Below are positions 9,812 through 18,594 of a stretch of DNA of 24,000 nt, piece after piece. The stretch is taken from contig JAZGER010000055.1 of the NCBI GenBank assembly GCA_036478835.1, positions 6,930-30,929 of the forward strand. The letters are read 5' to 3'. Origin of the DNA: Gammaproteobacteria bacterium. Its GTDB lineage: Bacteria > Pseudomonadota > Gammaproteobacteria > DSM-19610. The notes below the pieces were generated by a model. It did no database searches, was not told the origin of the DNA, and worked only from the letters and a program-made list of their open reading frames with translations. Both the position numbers and the translations under genes were made by a program. Position 1 is the first letter of the stretch. Every line of letters starts with the position of its first letter.

Positions 9812-10079
9812 GGAAATTAACTGGATCTTGTAAATTATTCCACTGCGCATGAAACCATCGTAAAAAATCCTCACCAAGGAATCACATGTCGATTAATTTT
9901 ACATTCAATTTGAAATGAGTATTTGGCTTTAATTTATCGGTAACTGTTTATTTATAGTGTATTTTAATCAAAACACAACCCAGTCGCAGCCTCACATTTT
10001 GACGGAATTATTTACACAACGCCCCGGCACGGATGATCGTTTCACTGTAAGCCCTTGATTATCCGAGCTGACAATATAT

Positions 10080-10094
10080 TGGCACAGGGCTTGC
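10080..10094 (+). promoter_or_regulatory. Sigma-54 (RpoN) -24/-12 core promoter
   Basis: The plus strand reads T-TGGCAC-AGGGC-TTGC-T, an exact match to TGGCAC-N5-TTGC with GG at 10081-10082 and GC at 10093-10094. It is intergenic and points toward a plus-strand hairpin plus T8 about 165 nt away. Confidence 0.45.
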
Positions 10095-10105
10095 TTTGTA
10101 GTAAT

Positions 10106-10272
10106 GCAAGAACAATAAAGGGCAGGTAACCCAATCTACCGATAGAGTTTGGTTAATGCCAAATGGAACAAGGTCACCGCAACAATAATAAATTCGGTGC
10201 GCCGGAGGAGATCCCTTAATAATGTAAGAGTCGTTAAGGTTACAAAAGCGATCCAGTGGATCGCTTTTTTTT
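10106..10272 (+). ncRNA. Candidate sigma-54-dependent small RNA (about 165 nt), family not recognised
   Basis: Bracketed by the sigma-54 core promoter (predicted start near 10105-10107) and the terminator hairpin plus T8 (10248-10272). No credible ORF or Shine-Dalgarno inside. AACAATAA occurs twice (10111-10118 and 10181-10188). The second copy extends to AACAATAATAAA and sits in the loop of a CACCG/CGGTG hairpin (10175-10199). A further CCTTAA/TTAAGG hairpin lies at 10213-10238. Confidence 0.35.
10244..10272. terminator. Bidirectional rho-independent terminator (ffh 3' end on the minus strand, candidate sRNA on the plus strand)
   Basis: AAAA-GCGATCC-AGT-GGATCGC-TTTTTTTT. A 7-bp GC-rich stem is flanked by A4 on one side and T8 on the other. 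It starts 9 nt after the ffh stop. The U-tract is much better on the plus strand (T8) than on the minus strand (TTTTG). Confidence 0.7.
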
Positions 10273-10280
10273 ATTCCCGC

Positions 10281-11639
10281 TTAAAAAGGGAACCCCTGCG
10301 GCATCTTGCCTTTCATTCCTCGCATCATTTTCTTCATACCGCCACCAGACATTTTCTTCATCATCTTTTTCATTTGCATAAACTGCTTCAATAACCGATT
10401 CACATCCTGAACCTGGGTACCCGAGCCATTCGCAATTCGCTTGCGCCGCGAGCCCTTGATTGAATCTGGAAAGCGTTTTTCTGCCGGCGTCATAGACCGA
10501 ATAATCGCCACCATTTTGTGGAGTTCTTTATCGTTGACCTGATTTTTTACAGCATCTGGAATTTGCCCCATCCCTGGCAACTTATCCATCATCCCCGATA
10601 AATTCCCCATATTGGTCATTTGTTCGAGCTGATCATGAAAATCCTCCAGGTTAAATCGCTTTCCTTTGCCGAGTTTTTTAGCGAGTTTCTCTGCCTTACC
10701 GCGATCAATTTTTTGTTCCGCCTCCTCAACCAGCGTCAGAATATCTCCCATACCGAGAATTCTTGACGCAATGCGATCCGGGTGAAAAGGTTCCAGAGCT
10801 TCCGTTTTTTCACCAACGCCCAGGAATTTAATCGGCTTTCCGGTAATTGCTCTGATGGATAAGGCCGCACCACCACGCGCATCCCCATCGGTTTTTGTCA
10901 AAATAACACCGGTGAGTGGCAACGCGTCATTGAACGCTTTCGCCGTATTGGCCGCATCCTGCCCTGTCATGCTATCAACAACAAACAATGTTTCCGTTGG
11001 CTGAACCGCTGCGTGAATATCCTGAATTTCACGCATCATTTCTTCGTCAATGTGCAAGCGCCCCGCCGTATCTATGATAACGACATCGACAAACTCTTTT
11101 CTCGCCTGCTCCAAGACCGCTTTGGCAATCTCAACCGGCTTCTCATTTACCTCACTCGGATAAAAGCTGGCACCCACCTGCCCTGCCAGCGTTTTCAATT
11201 GCTCTATGGCGGCTGGACGATATATGTCACAACTCGCCACCATTATCGACTTTTTATGGCGTTCTTTTAACCAGCGGGCAAGCTTGGCAACGCTGGTCGT
11301 TTTACCTGCGCCCTGTAAGCCCGCCATCAATACGACAACCGGGGGTTGCGCCTGTAGATCCAGCTCGTCACAGGCTTCGCCCATAATGCTAACCAGCTCA
11401 TCATTAACGATCTTGATCAGCGCCTGGCCTGGCGAAAGACTTGTCAGAACTTCCTGACCAACGGCTCGCTCGCGAACTTTCTCAATGAACGCCTTTACAA
11501 CAGGCAAAGCAACGTCCGCCTCCAGCAGTGCCATCCGCACATCCCGAAGGGCTTCCTTGATATTTTCTTCAGACAGGCGGCCCTGGCCACGCAAGTTTTT
11601 AATCGTAGTCGCTAGTCTGTCACTTAAATTGTCAAACAT
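10281..11639 (-). CDS. ffh: Signal recognition particle protein Ffh
   Basis: 452 aa. MFDNLSDRLATTIKNLRGQGRLSE, GLQGAGKTT (P-loop), DTAGRL, and a Met-rich M domain (KQFMQMKKMMKKMSGGGMKKMMRGMKG). Confidence 0.97.
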   Translation of the reverse strand: MFDNLSDRLATTIKNLRGQGRLSEENIKEALRDVRMALLEADVALPVVKAFIEKVRERAVGQEVLTSLSPGQALIKIVNDELVSIMGEACDELDLQAQPPVVVLMAGLQGAGKTTSVAKLARWLKERHKKSIMVASCDIYRPAAIEQLKTLAGQVGASFYPSEVNEKPVEIAKAVLEQARKEFVDVVIIDTAGRLHIDEEMMREIQDIHAAVQPTETLFVVDSMTGQDAANTAKAFNDALPLTGVILTKTDGDARGGAALSIRAITGKPIKFLGVGEKTEALEPFHPDRIASRILGMGDILTLVEEAEQKIDRGKAEKLAKKLGKGKRFNLEDFHDQLEQMTNMGNLSGMMDKLPGMGQIPDAVKNQVNDKELHKMVAIIRSMTPAEKRFPDSIKGSRRKRIANGSGTQVQDVNRLLKQFMQMKKMMKKMSGGGMKKMMRGMKGKMPQGFPF

Positions 11640-11796
11640 TCTGATTTCTCAATTTTCTTGCTGGGACGACAAATTATAGCGAAACTGTCACTTCACGCAT
11701 AACATTGTTAAAAATAGCCGGTTGAGTCGCCGAGAGCCTTTCAAGAACCCGTCGAGTTGTGCGATGATTGGGCTTTCATCGTGAAACGAACAAGTA

Positions 11797-12615
11797 ATGA
11801 ATACAATCTGGCTATCCTGCCTGGCGATACTGACCTATTTAACCACGAGTGCTGGCCTGGCTCTACGCCTAAAAAACAACATCGTGCCGAATCCTCCTGG
11901 AAAATACCGGGGACGCCTGCTTGCCCTGGGGTTTTGCGCCGCCTTTTTGCATGCCGCTGCCCTGTGGCCCAGTTTGATTACTCCGCAGGGAATGAACCTG
12001 AATTTTTTCAATGCTGCCTCCTTGATTGCATTACTGACAGCTGTTGTTCTGCTCACTTCCTCTATCAAACAGCCGGTTGAAAGCCTGGGTATCCCCATAT
12101 TACCCATTGCTGCAGGGTGTATCGCGTTAACGGTTATTTACCCCAATCAGGCACATAATTTATCAGGTGGGCACTGGAAGCTCGATCTTCATATCCTGTT
12201 TTCAATACTGGCTTACAGCGTTCTGGCCATCGGTGCAATCCAGGCTCTACTGCTTGCCTTGCAGGAAAAGCACCTGCGTAATCGTCAACCTGGCGGTTTT
12301 ATCCGTGCCCTTCCCCCCATGCAAGTGATGGAATCACTTCTATTCCAGATGATCGGGACAGGTTTTTCATTATTGAGCGCAGCTCTACTCACGGGGATTA
12401 TTTTCATTGATGATATTCTTGCACAACACCTTGCCCATAAAACGATCTTATCCTTTATTGCATGGGGCGTCTTTGCAATACTGCTGTGGGGCAGATGGAA
12501 ATTTGGCTGGCGTGGCCGCACAGCAATCCGCTGGACGCTAACAGGCTTCACTTTCTTGCTCCTCGCCTATTTCGGCAGTAAATTTGTACTTGAACTGATA
12601 TTAAATAACGTATGA
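11797..12615 (+). CDS. ypjD: Inner-membrane protein of the cytochrome c assembly (CcsA-like) family, YpjD-like
   Basis: 272 aa and polytopic (about 8 hydrophobic segments). Divergent from ffh, as ypjD is in E. coli. Confidence 0.8.
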   Translation: MNTIWLSCLAILTYLTTSAGLALRLKNNIVPNPPGKYRGRLLALGFCAAFLHAAALWPSLITPQGMNLNFFNAASLIALLTAVVLLTSSIKQPVESLGIPILPIAAGCIALTVIYPNQAHNLSGGHWKLDLHILFSILAYSVLAIGAIQALLLALQEKHLRNRQPGGFIRALPPMQVMESLLFQMIGTGFSLLSAALLTGIIFIDDILAQHLAHKTILSFIAWGVFAILLWGRWKFGWRGRTAIRWTLTGFTFLLLAYFGSKFVLELILNNV

Positions 12616-13238
12616 ATGCAAAAACCACATTTGGCCTGCTTTGCCTGATTCTTGCCTATCTGCTGTTAATTCCTGGCCTGTTCAAACCCATGATTTCAAT
12701 AACGGGGACACTCGATAAAGCAGAAATGGTTAAGCTCGGGAAAAACATCATTTCTGAAAATGCAGAGTTACCCCGTTTTCTAAAGGCAACGGCTACTCGC
12801 CTCATTAGCCAGCTGCATATTGATGGAGAAGTGGTTGCTTATCAGAAAACTCGAAGTATCACAGGAACAGTGAAAGACCTGGCAACTTCTGGCAACTATC
12901 CAGTTGCTTTTTTAATTGCACTTTTCAGTATCATTATACCTGTCACCAAAGGGCTATTAATAACCGCTAGCCTTTTACTCAAACGCTCACCCTATTCAAT
13001 CAGGGCGAGTAATTTAAGCAACCTCATGAGCAAGTGGTCTATGGCAGATGTCTTTGTTATCGCTATCATCGTAGCCTATATGGCTGCTAACGCTTCAGGG
13101 CAGTCCGGTGATCTGCTCACGATGAATGCGGTTTTTGGTCAGGGTTTTTATTTTTTTCTGAGCTATTGCCTGCTATCCATACTATCAGCGCAGCTACTCA
13201 AAGTGCCAGACATCTCTAATAAATCCTTACAAACATAG
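12612..13238 (+). CDS. Single-domain PqiA-family (paraquat-inducible protein A / LetA-like) membrane protein
   Basis: 208 aa. N-terminal TM with LLIPGLFKPMISI, then SITGTVKDLATSGNYPVAFLIALFSIIIPVTKGLLI and SKWSMADVFVIAIIVAYMA. These resemble the conserved PqiA-domain blocks. The ATG overlaps the ypjD stop (ATGA at 12612-12615). Confidence 0.65.
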   Translation: MNAKTTFGLLCLILAYLLLIPGLFKPMISITGTLDKAEMVKLGKNIISENAELPRFLKATATRLISQLHIDGEVVAYQKTRSITGTVKDLATSGNYPVAFLIALFSIIIPVTKGLLITASLLLKRSPYSIRASNLSNLMSKWSMADVFVIAIIVAYMAANASGQSGDLLTMNAVFGQGFYFFLSYCLLSILSAQLLKVPDISNKSLQT

Positions 13239-13259
13239 ATTCAATATTAGGCTAACGAC

Positions 13260-14546
13260 TTGGACGACATACCTTTAGGCATTCTTTTTGCGGCACTCAT
13301 TTTTCTGGTTTTTTTATCAGCGTTTTTCTCTGGTTCAGAAACTGGGCTCATGACGCTTAATCGCTATCGATTAAAACACCTTGCTCAGAAAAAGCACCGT
13401 GGCGCTGTCCGCGCATCTAAATTACTTGAGCGCCCGGACCGTCTGATTGGATTAATACTGCTCGGAAATAATCTAGCTAATATTCTCGCCTCATCAATCA
13501 CGACAATTATTGCATTGAGGTTATCAGGCGAAGCCGGAATAGCGATTGGCGCTGGCCTGCTAACACTCGTTATTTTAATCTTCGCGGAAGTCACACCAAA
13601 AACACTGGCTGCCCTGCACCCGGAACGCATCGCATTCCCTGCTGCGTTCGTGTACACCCCGCTTCTCTGGGTACTTTACCCACTGGTTTTTGTTGTCAAT
13701 TTAATCGCAAACAACATTCTCAAATTATTTGGCGTCTCTCAGGAAAGCTCTAACGGCAGTGCACTAAGCCAGGAAGAATTGCGGACAGTTGTACTGGAAG
13801 CCGGTGCAATTATCCCTAAACGCCATCAATCGATGCTACTGAACATTCTCGATCTGGAAAAAATTACTGTCGAAGACATCATGATCCCCAGAAATGAAAT
13901 CTCCGGTATTGACCTGGATGATGACTGGAATCAAATTGAACAACAGCTCGTTAACTCAAGGTATACCCGCCTGCCAGTCTACCGAGGCGCAATCAATCAG
14001 ATTGTTGGCTTTGTTCACCTGCGCAGGCTACTTCGCTTTCTGACGCACAATGAACTCAATAAAGAAAAATTCATTGACGCAATACGCGAGCCTGTTTTCA
14101 TCCCTGAATACACCCCCTTAAGTCAACAGCTACTCAACTTTCAACGGTCGCACCGCCGCGTCGGTCTCGTCGTTGATGAGTATGGTGATATTCAAGGACT
14201 AGCAACGCTGGAAGATATTCTTGAAGAGGTCGTTGGAGAGTTTCTGATTGATACTCATGCAGCCAGTAAAGATTACACCACCCAGAAAGATGGCAGTGTT
14301 CTAGTGGACGGTGGAACCAGTGTTCGGGAGCTAAACCGTGCGCTTAACATAGAGCTGCCGACAGATGGTCCAAAAACATTGAATGGCCTTATTCTGGAAT
14401 ACATGGAAGATATTCCTCCGCCAGATACCAGCCTGTTGCTGGCACGTTACCCGGTTGATATTGTGCAAACAAAAGATAGTTTCGTTAAAACACTCCGCCT
14501 GCACCCCAATATGCGCCAACCGCTCAAAGAAGAAATAGAAGAGTGA
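13260..14546 (+). CDS. corB: HlyC/CorC-family transporter (CNNM/DUF21 TM domain, CBS pair, CorC_HlyC C-terminal domain), YfjD/CorB-like
   Basis: 428 aa. LSAFFSGSETGLM opens the DUF21 domain, a CBS-pair region follows (VEDIMIPRNEI ... VDEYGDIQGLATLEDILEEVVGE), and a transporter-associated domain ends the protein. TTG start at 13260. Same ffh-ypjD-yfjD neighbourhood as E. coli. Confidence 0.9.
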   Translation: MDDIPLGILFAALIFLVFLSAFFSGSETGLMTLNRYRLKHLAQKKHRGAVRASKLLERPDRLIGLILLGNNLANILASSITTIIALRLSGEAGIAIGAGLLTLVILIFAEVTPKTLAALHPERIAFPAAFVYTPLLWVLYPLVFVVNLIANNILKLFGVSQESSNGSALSQEELRTVVLEAGAIIPKRHQSMLLNILDLEKITVEDIMIPRNEISGIDLDDDWNQIEQQLVNSRYTRLPVYRGAINQIVGFVHLRRLLRFLTHNELNKEKFIDAIREPVFIPEYTPLSQQLLNFQRSHRRVGLVVDEYGDIQGLATLEDILEEVVGEFLIDTHAASKDYTTQKDGSVLVDGGTSVRELNRALNIELPTDGPKTLNGLILEYMEDIPPPDTSLLLARYPVDIVQTKDSFVKTLRLHPNMRQPLKEEIEE

Positions 14547-14575
14547 TGCGCGCAGGTTTTAAGCTATCGCTAACG

Positions 14576-15952
14576 CTACATCTTTTCTGTAACTGCTTCG
14601 ACTGCCTCAGACAATCGAGCCACTGAAAACACCTGCAGCCCATCCGGCGCAGATTTCGGCGCATTCGCTGCAGGAACAATCGCTTTTTTGAAACCTAATT
14701 TAACGGCTTCGCGCAATCTCTCCTGCCCATTTGGCACGGGGCGAATTTCCCCAGCCAAACCAACTTCTCCAAAAACCACCAGGTCTGTCGGTAACGGTTT
14801 ATCCCTAAAACTGGAAAGAACAGCAAGCAGGACAGGTAAATCGGATGCCGTCTCACTCACTCTGACACCGCCAACAGCATTCACGAACACGTCCTGGTCG
14901 CTCATGTGAATTCCCCCATGTCGATGCTGAACGGCAAGCAACATAGCCAAACGATTCTGATCCAGACCCAGCGTAAGCCGCCGAGGGCTGGGTAACTGAC
15001 TATCATCAACTAGTGCCTGCACTTCAACCAGCAATGGTCGCGTACCTTCCATGGTCACCATCACCACACTGCCTGCGACCGGCTCTTCATGCCTGGATAA
15101 AAAGATAGACGATGGATTACGCACTTCTTTCAGCCCTTTATCCGTCATAGCAAAAACACCTAACTCGTTAACCGCGCCGTATCTGTTTTTTATCGCACGG
15201 ATAACACGGTAACGACCGCCTACATCACCTTCAAAATACAATACTGTATCAACCATGTGCTCGAGCACACGAGGTCCAGCCAACGCGCCTTCCTTAGTCA
15301 CATGCCCAACAAGGAATAAAGCAGTCCCTGTTTGCTTGGCGAAGCGCACCAGTTGTGCGGCACTTTCTCTAACCTGTGAAACAGAACCAGGCGCCGATTG
15401 AAGCATGCTCGAATACACTGTCTGAATAGAGTCGATCACGACTACTTTGGGCAATTCCTGACAGCAAATTTCGAGTATCCTTTCAACCGAAGTTTCAGCG
15501 AGAAGATTTAAAAACCCTGCATCAACATTTAAACGCTGAGCACGCATAGAAACCTGCTCCAGGGACTCTTCACCCGTGACATAGAGCGTTTTCAACGTTT
15601 TTGAAAATTCAGCTAATGCCTGTAATAATAATGTCGACTTACCGATACCCGGGTCGCCACCGATTAACACAACAGAACCTGCAACCAGGCCACCACCTAA
15701 CACTCGATCCAGCTCAGCAAGCCCTACCTGAGATCGAGATTCCTGACCTGGCTTTACATCCGCAAGTTTTTGCACACCGGGTTTAACCGCACCGGCATAG
15801 CCACTGAAACGATTGCCTTTTGCTGTTGAACTGCTATCCACTGTAATTTCCGTCAGCGTATTCCAGTCTCCACATTCTGCGCATTGCCCAGCCCACTTAT
15901 TCGCCTGAGCGCCGCAGGCAGTACAACTAAAAAGTATTTTTGATTTTGCCAT
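14576..15952 (-). CDS. radA: DNA repair protein RadA/Sms
   Basis: N-terminal zinc finger CTACGAQANKWAGQCAECGDWNT, Walker A GGDPGIGKST, KNRYGAVNE (KNRFG motif), and a Lon-like C-terminal domain. Confidence 0.97.
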   Translation of the reverse strand: MAKSKILFSCTACGAQANKWAGQCAECGDWNTLTEITVDSSSTAKGNRFSGYAGAVKPGVQKLADVKPGQESRSQVGLAELDRVLGGGLVAGSVVLIGGDPGIGKSTLLLQALAEFSKTLKTLYVTGEESLEQVSMRAQRLNVDAGFLNLLAETSVERILEICCQELPKVVVIDSIQTVYSSMLQSAPGSVSQVRESAAQLVRFAKQTGTALFLVGHVTKEGALAGPRVLEHMVDTVLYFEGDVGGRYRVIRAIKNRYGAVNELGVFAMTDKGLKEVRNPSSIFLSRHEEPVAGSVVMVTMEGTRPLLVEVQALVDDSQLPSPRRLTLGLDQNRLAMLLAVQHRHGGIHMSDQDVFVNAVGGVRVSETASDLPVLLAVLSSFRDKPLPTDLVVFGEVGLAGEIRPVPNGQERLREAVKLGFKKAIVPAANAPKSAPDGLQVFSVARLSEAVEAVTEKM

Positions 15953-15957
15953 CCCTG

Positions 15958-17049
15958 CTAGCTCACTCCCTTTGATTGATAGTAACGCTTCACTCTTGGG
16001 GTAATATTACAGAACAATTCGTAACTAATAGTCCCGGCGAAGTCGGCAACCTCATTCACAGACAAGCACTCTCCCCACAACTCGACCTCATCCCCCACCT
16101 GCGCGTGAGGGGAGTGAGCAAGGTCAATGGTAATCATGTCCATGGAAACACGGCCAACCAGATAACAACGCTTAGCATTAACATAGACGGGCATCCCGGT
16201 TGGCGCATGCCGAGGGTAGCCATCACCATAACCGATGGCTGCAACTCCCACCGTTGTGTCTTTTTCACAAACGCAGTTACCCCCATAGCCTATGGCTTCA
16301 CCTTTTTTCACTTGCCTGACAGCGATCAATTGCGTTGTCAATGACATCACAGGTTTCAGTTCTGTCGGGTAGGCATCTCGATACGCAAAGGGCGACGAGC
16401 CATATAGCATAATGCCCGGCCTCACCCAGTCGTAATGAGCGTTATCGCGGCTTAATAAACCAGCTGAATTAGCCAGAGATTTTTTACCGCTGTGCTTTAT
16501 AGCCAGGCTTTCAAAAATATCGGATTGCTGCTTGCTCTCAATCCGTTCCGGTTCATCCGCACAGGCAAAGTGAGACATCAGTCCCAGGGCAGATGAAATC
16601 GACGGCATCTTGTCAATTGCCTGTATAAGTTGATCATAATCTGCAGGGTCGAAGCCCAGTCGATGCATGCCAGTGTCAAATTTTATCCAGGCCGAAAGGC
16701 TAGCATTCAAGTTTGCTTGTTGAATCCAGTGAAGCTGGGAATGGTCGTGCAGGGTTATTTCGATATTATGATCAATCGCCAACTGTAATTCAGAAGCGTC
16801 GAAGATACCTTCAAGCAGAACCAGGGGCGTCTGTATTCCTGAGTCGATGAGAGTCAATGCCTCGTCAAGAGAAGCAACAGCAAAAGCATCTGCGTCTGCC
16901 AGTGCCTTTGCGACTTCAACGATTCCGTGACCATAGCCATCAGCCTTAATTACTGCCATTATTTTACTATTCGGAGCAGCGACTTTAGCGATTGAAAGGT
17001 TATAAGCAAGGGCAGCAGTATTTATAGTGGCTCGTACCGGCCGGGTCAT
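15958..17049 (-). CDS. alr: Alanine racemase
   Basis: 363 aa. PLP-lysine motif AVIKADGYGHG and a C-terminal beta domain (GRVSMDMITIDL). Its start overlaps the dnaB stop (ATGA). Confidence 0.95.
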   Translation of the reverse strand: MTRPVRATINTAALAYNLSIAKVAAPNSKIMAVIKADGYGHGIVEVAKALADADAFAVASLDEALTLIDSGIQTPLVLLEGIFDASELQLAIDHNIEITLHDHSQLHWIQQANLNASLSAWIKFDTGMHRLGFDPADYDQLIQAIDKMPSISSALGLMSHFACADEPERIESKQQSDIFESLAIKHSGKKSLANSAGLLSRDNAHYDWVRPGIMLYGSSPFAYRDAYPTELKPVMSLTTQLIAVRQVKKGEAIGYGGNCVCEKDTTVGVAAIGYGDGYPRHAPTGMPVYVNAKRCYLVGRVSMDMITIDLAHSPHAQVGDEVELWGECLSVNEVADFAGTISYELFCNITPRVKRYYQSKGVS

Positions 17050-18443
17050 TCAAACCCCTCACCCTGATATGACGAAGCGGTGAAATTTTCAAAGCGTGTA
17101 TGCTGGCCCAGAAATGTCAGTCGACGCATACCTATCGGCCCATTTCTCTGCTTACCAATGATAATTTCTGCAGTCCCTTTATCCGGACTGTCTTCGTTAT
17201 ACACTTCATCGCGATAAATAAACATAATCACATCTGCATCCTGCTCTATCGCACCCGACTCGCGCAGATCAGACATGATCGGCCTTTTATTCGGGCGCTG
17301 CTCTAATCCGCGATTAAGCTGTGATAAGGCAACAACAGGTACCTGCAACTCTTTTGCAAGCGCTTTCAAAGAACGGGAAATTTCAGAAATCTCGTTCGTT
17401 CTGTTTTCACTCCGGCCATGCACCTGCATCAACTGAAGATAGTCGATAATGATAATCCCCAGGTTGTGTTCTCTTTTGAGTCGTCTTGCACGAGCACGTA
17501 ATTCGGTAGGCGTCAGTGCAGGCGTGTCATCAATAAATAGTGGTGCTTCGGTCAAGATACTGACTGCTGATGTCAGGCGAGGCCAATCATCATCTTCAAG
17601 TTTTCCAGTTCTGATTTTGTGTTGGTCAATGCGACCAAGGGAAGACATAAGGCGCATTGCTAACTGTTCGCCAGGCATCTCCATACTAAAAACAGCGGTT
17701 GTCACCTTATCTTTAATGGCTGCATTTTCAGCAATGTTCATCGCAAAAGAAGTTTTACCCATTGAAGGTCGGCCAGCGACGATTACCAAATCAGATGGTT
17801 GTAATCCAGTCGTCATTTCATCGATATCAGTAAAACCAGTCGACACACCTGTTAACGCACCTTCCTGATGAAACAGCATATCAATACGATCAACAGCACC
17901 GCTCAACAAATCCTTAATATTTCTAAAACCTGAACCACGCGTATTACCCTGATCCGAGATACTGAAAACTAGCCGCTCAGCATTATCCAGCAACTCAGGT
18001 GCGTCTCGACCCTCAGGTTGATAAGCGCTGTTCGAAATATCGGTTCCGACACTTGCCAGTTGGCGCAGCACAGAGTTTTCTCTCACAATCTCTGCATAGG
18101 CTCGAATATTAGCGGCACTTGGAACGTCTTTGGCAAGCAACCCCAAATATGCCAGTCCCCCAGCATCTTCCAGCGAGCCTTGAACGCTTAACCATTCAGA
18201 CAGAGTGACCACATCACAAGGTCTGGATTTATCGATTAAATCTCTGGTCGCCTGAAAAATTAGTCGGTGATCGCGCCGGTAAAAATCTTCTTCATTCAGC
18301 AGGTCTGCGATTTTGTCCCAGCTCTCATTATCCAGCAGCAAGCCACCCAGTACTGACTGTTCGGCCTGAATAGAATGCGGGGGTATTTTAAGGCGATCGG
18401 TGGCGTAGTCAGAATCAGAATGTACTGGAGTAAATTCAGACAT
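17046..18443 (-). CDS. dnaB: Replicative DNA helicase DnaB
   Basis: 465 aa. PPHSIQAEQSVLGGLLLDN, Walker A AGRPSMGKTSFA, IIIDYLQLM and SQLNRGLEQR. No intein insertion. Confidence 0.97.
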   Translation of the reverse strand: MSEFTPVHSDSDYATDRLKIPPHSIQAEQSVLGGLLLDNESWDKIADLLNEEDFYRRDHRLIFQATRDLIDKSRPCDVVTLSEWLSVQGSLEDAGGLAYLGLLAKDVPSAANIRAYAEIVRENSVLRQLASVGTDISNSAYQPEGRDAPELLDNAERLVFSISDQGNTRGSGFRNIKDLLSGAVDRIDMLFHQEGALTGVSTGFTDIDEMTTGLQPSDLVIVAGRPSMGKTSFAMNIAENAAIKDKVTTAVFSMEMPGEQLAMRLMSSLGRIDQHKIRTGKLEDDDWPRLTSAVSILTEAPLFIDDTPALTPTELRARARRLKREHNLGIIIIDYLQLMQVHGRSENRTNEISEISRSLKALAKELQVPVVALSQLNRGLEQRPNKRPIMSDLRESGAIEQDADVIMFIYRDEVYNEDSPDKGTAEIIIGKQRNGPIGMRRLTFLGQHTRFENFTASSYQGEGFE

Positions 18444-18544
18444 GGTAACTCCATGGGCAATGGGATTTTATCTGTGGTATTTCCATCTTCTGAATATACA
18501 ACAAAAGTCAATCAACAGGCATCGGAATTTAACGCCACAGATCA

Positions 18545-18583
18545 ACAAAAAAACCCGAAAAAATCCCGGGCATAAAGCCCGGA
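18545..18583 (-). terminator. Rho-independent terminator after rplI
   Basis: Minus strand reads CCGGGC-TTTAT-GCCCGG followed by GATTTTTTCGGGTTTTTTTG. It starts ~12 nt after the rplI stop. Confidence 0.7.
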
Positions 18584-18594
18584 ATTAAGGCAGA

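Noticed and set aside
10149-10394. 81-aa plus-strand ORF in the rpsP-ffh spacer
   Set aside because: It has no Shine-Dalgarno, reads straight through the hairpin plus T8 terminator, and continues antisense into ffh. Its Arg/His-rich sequence looks like an antisense artefact.
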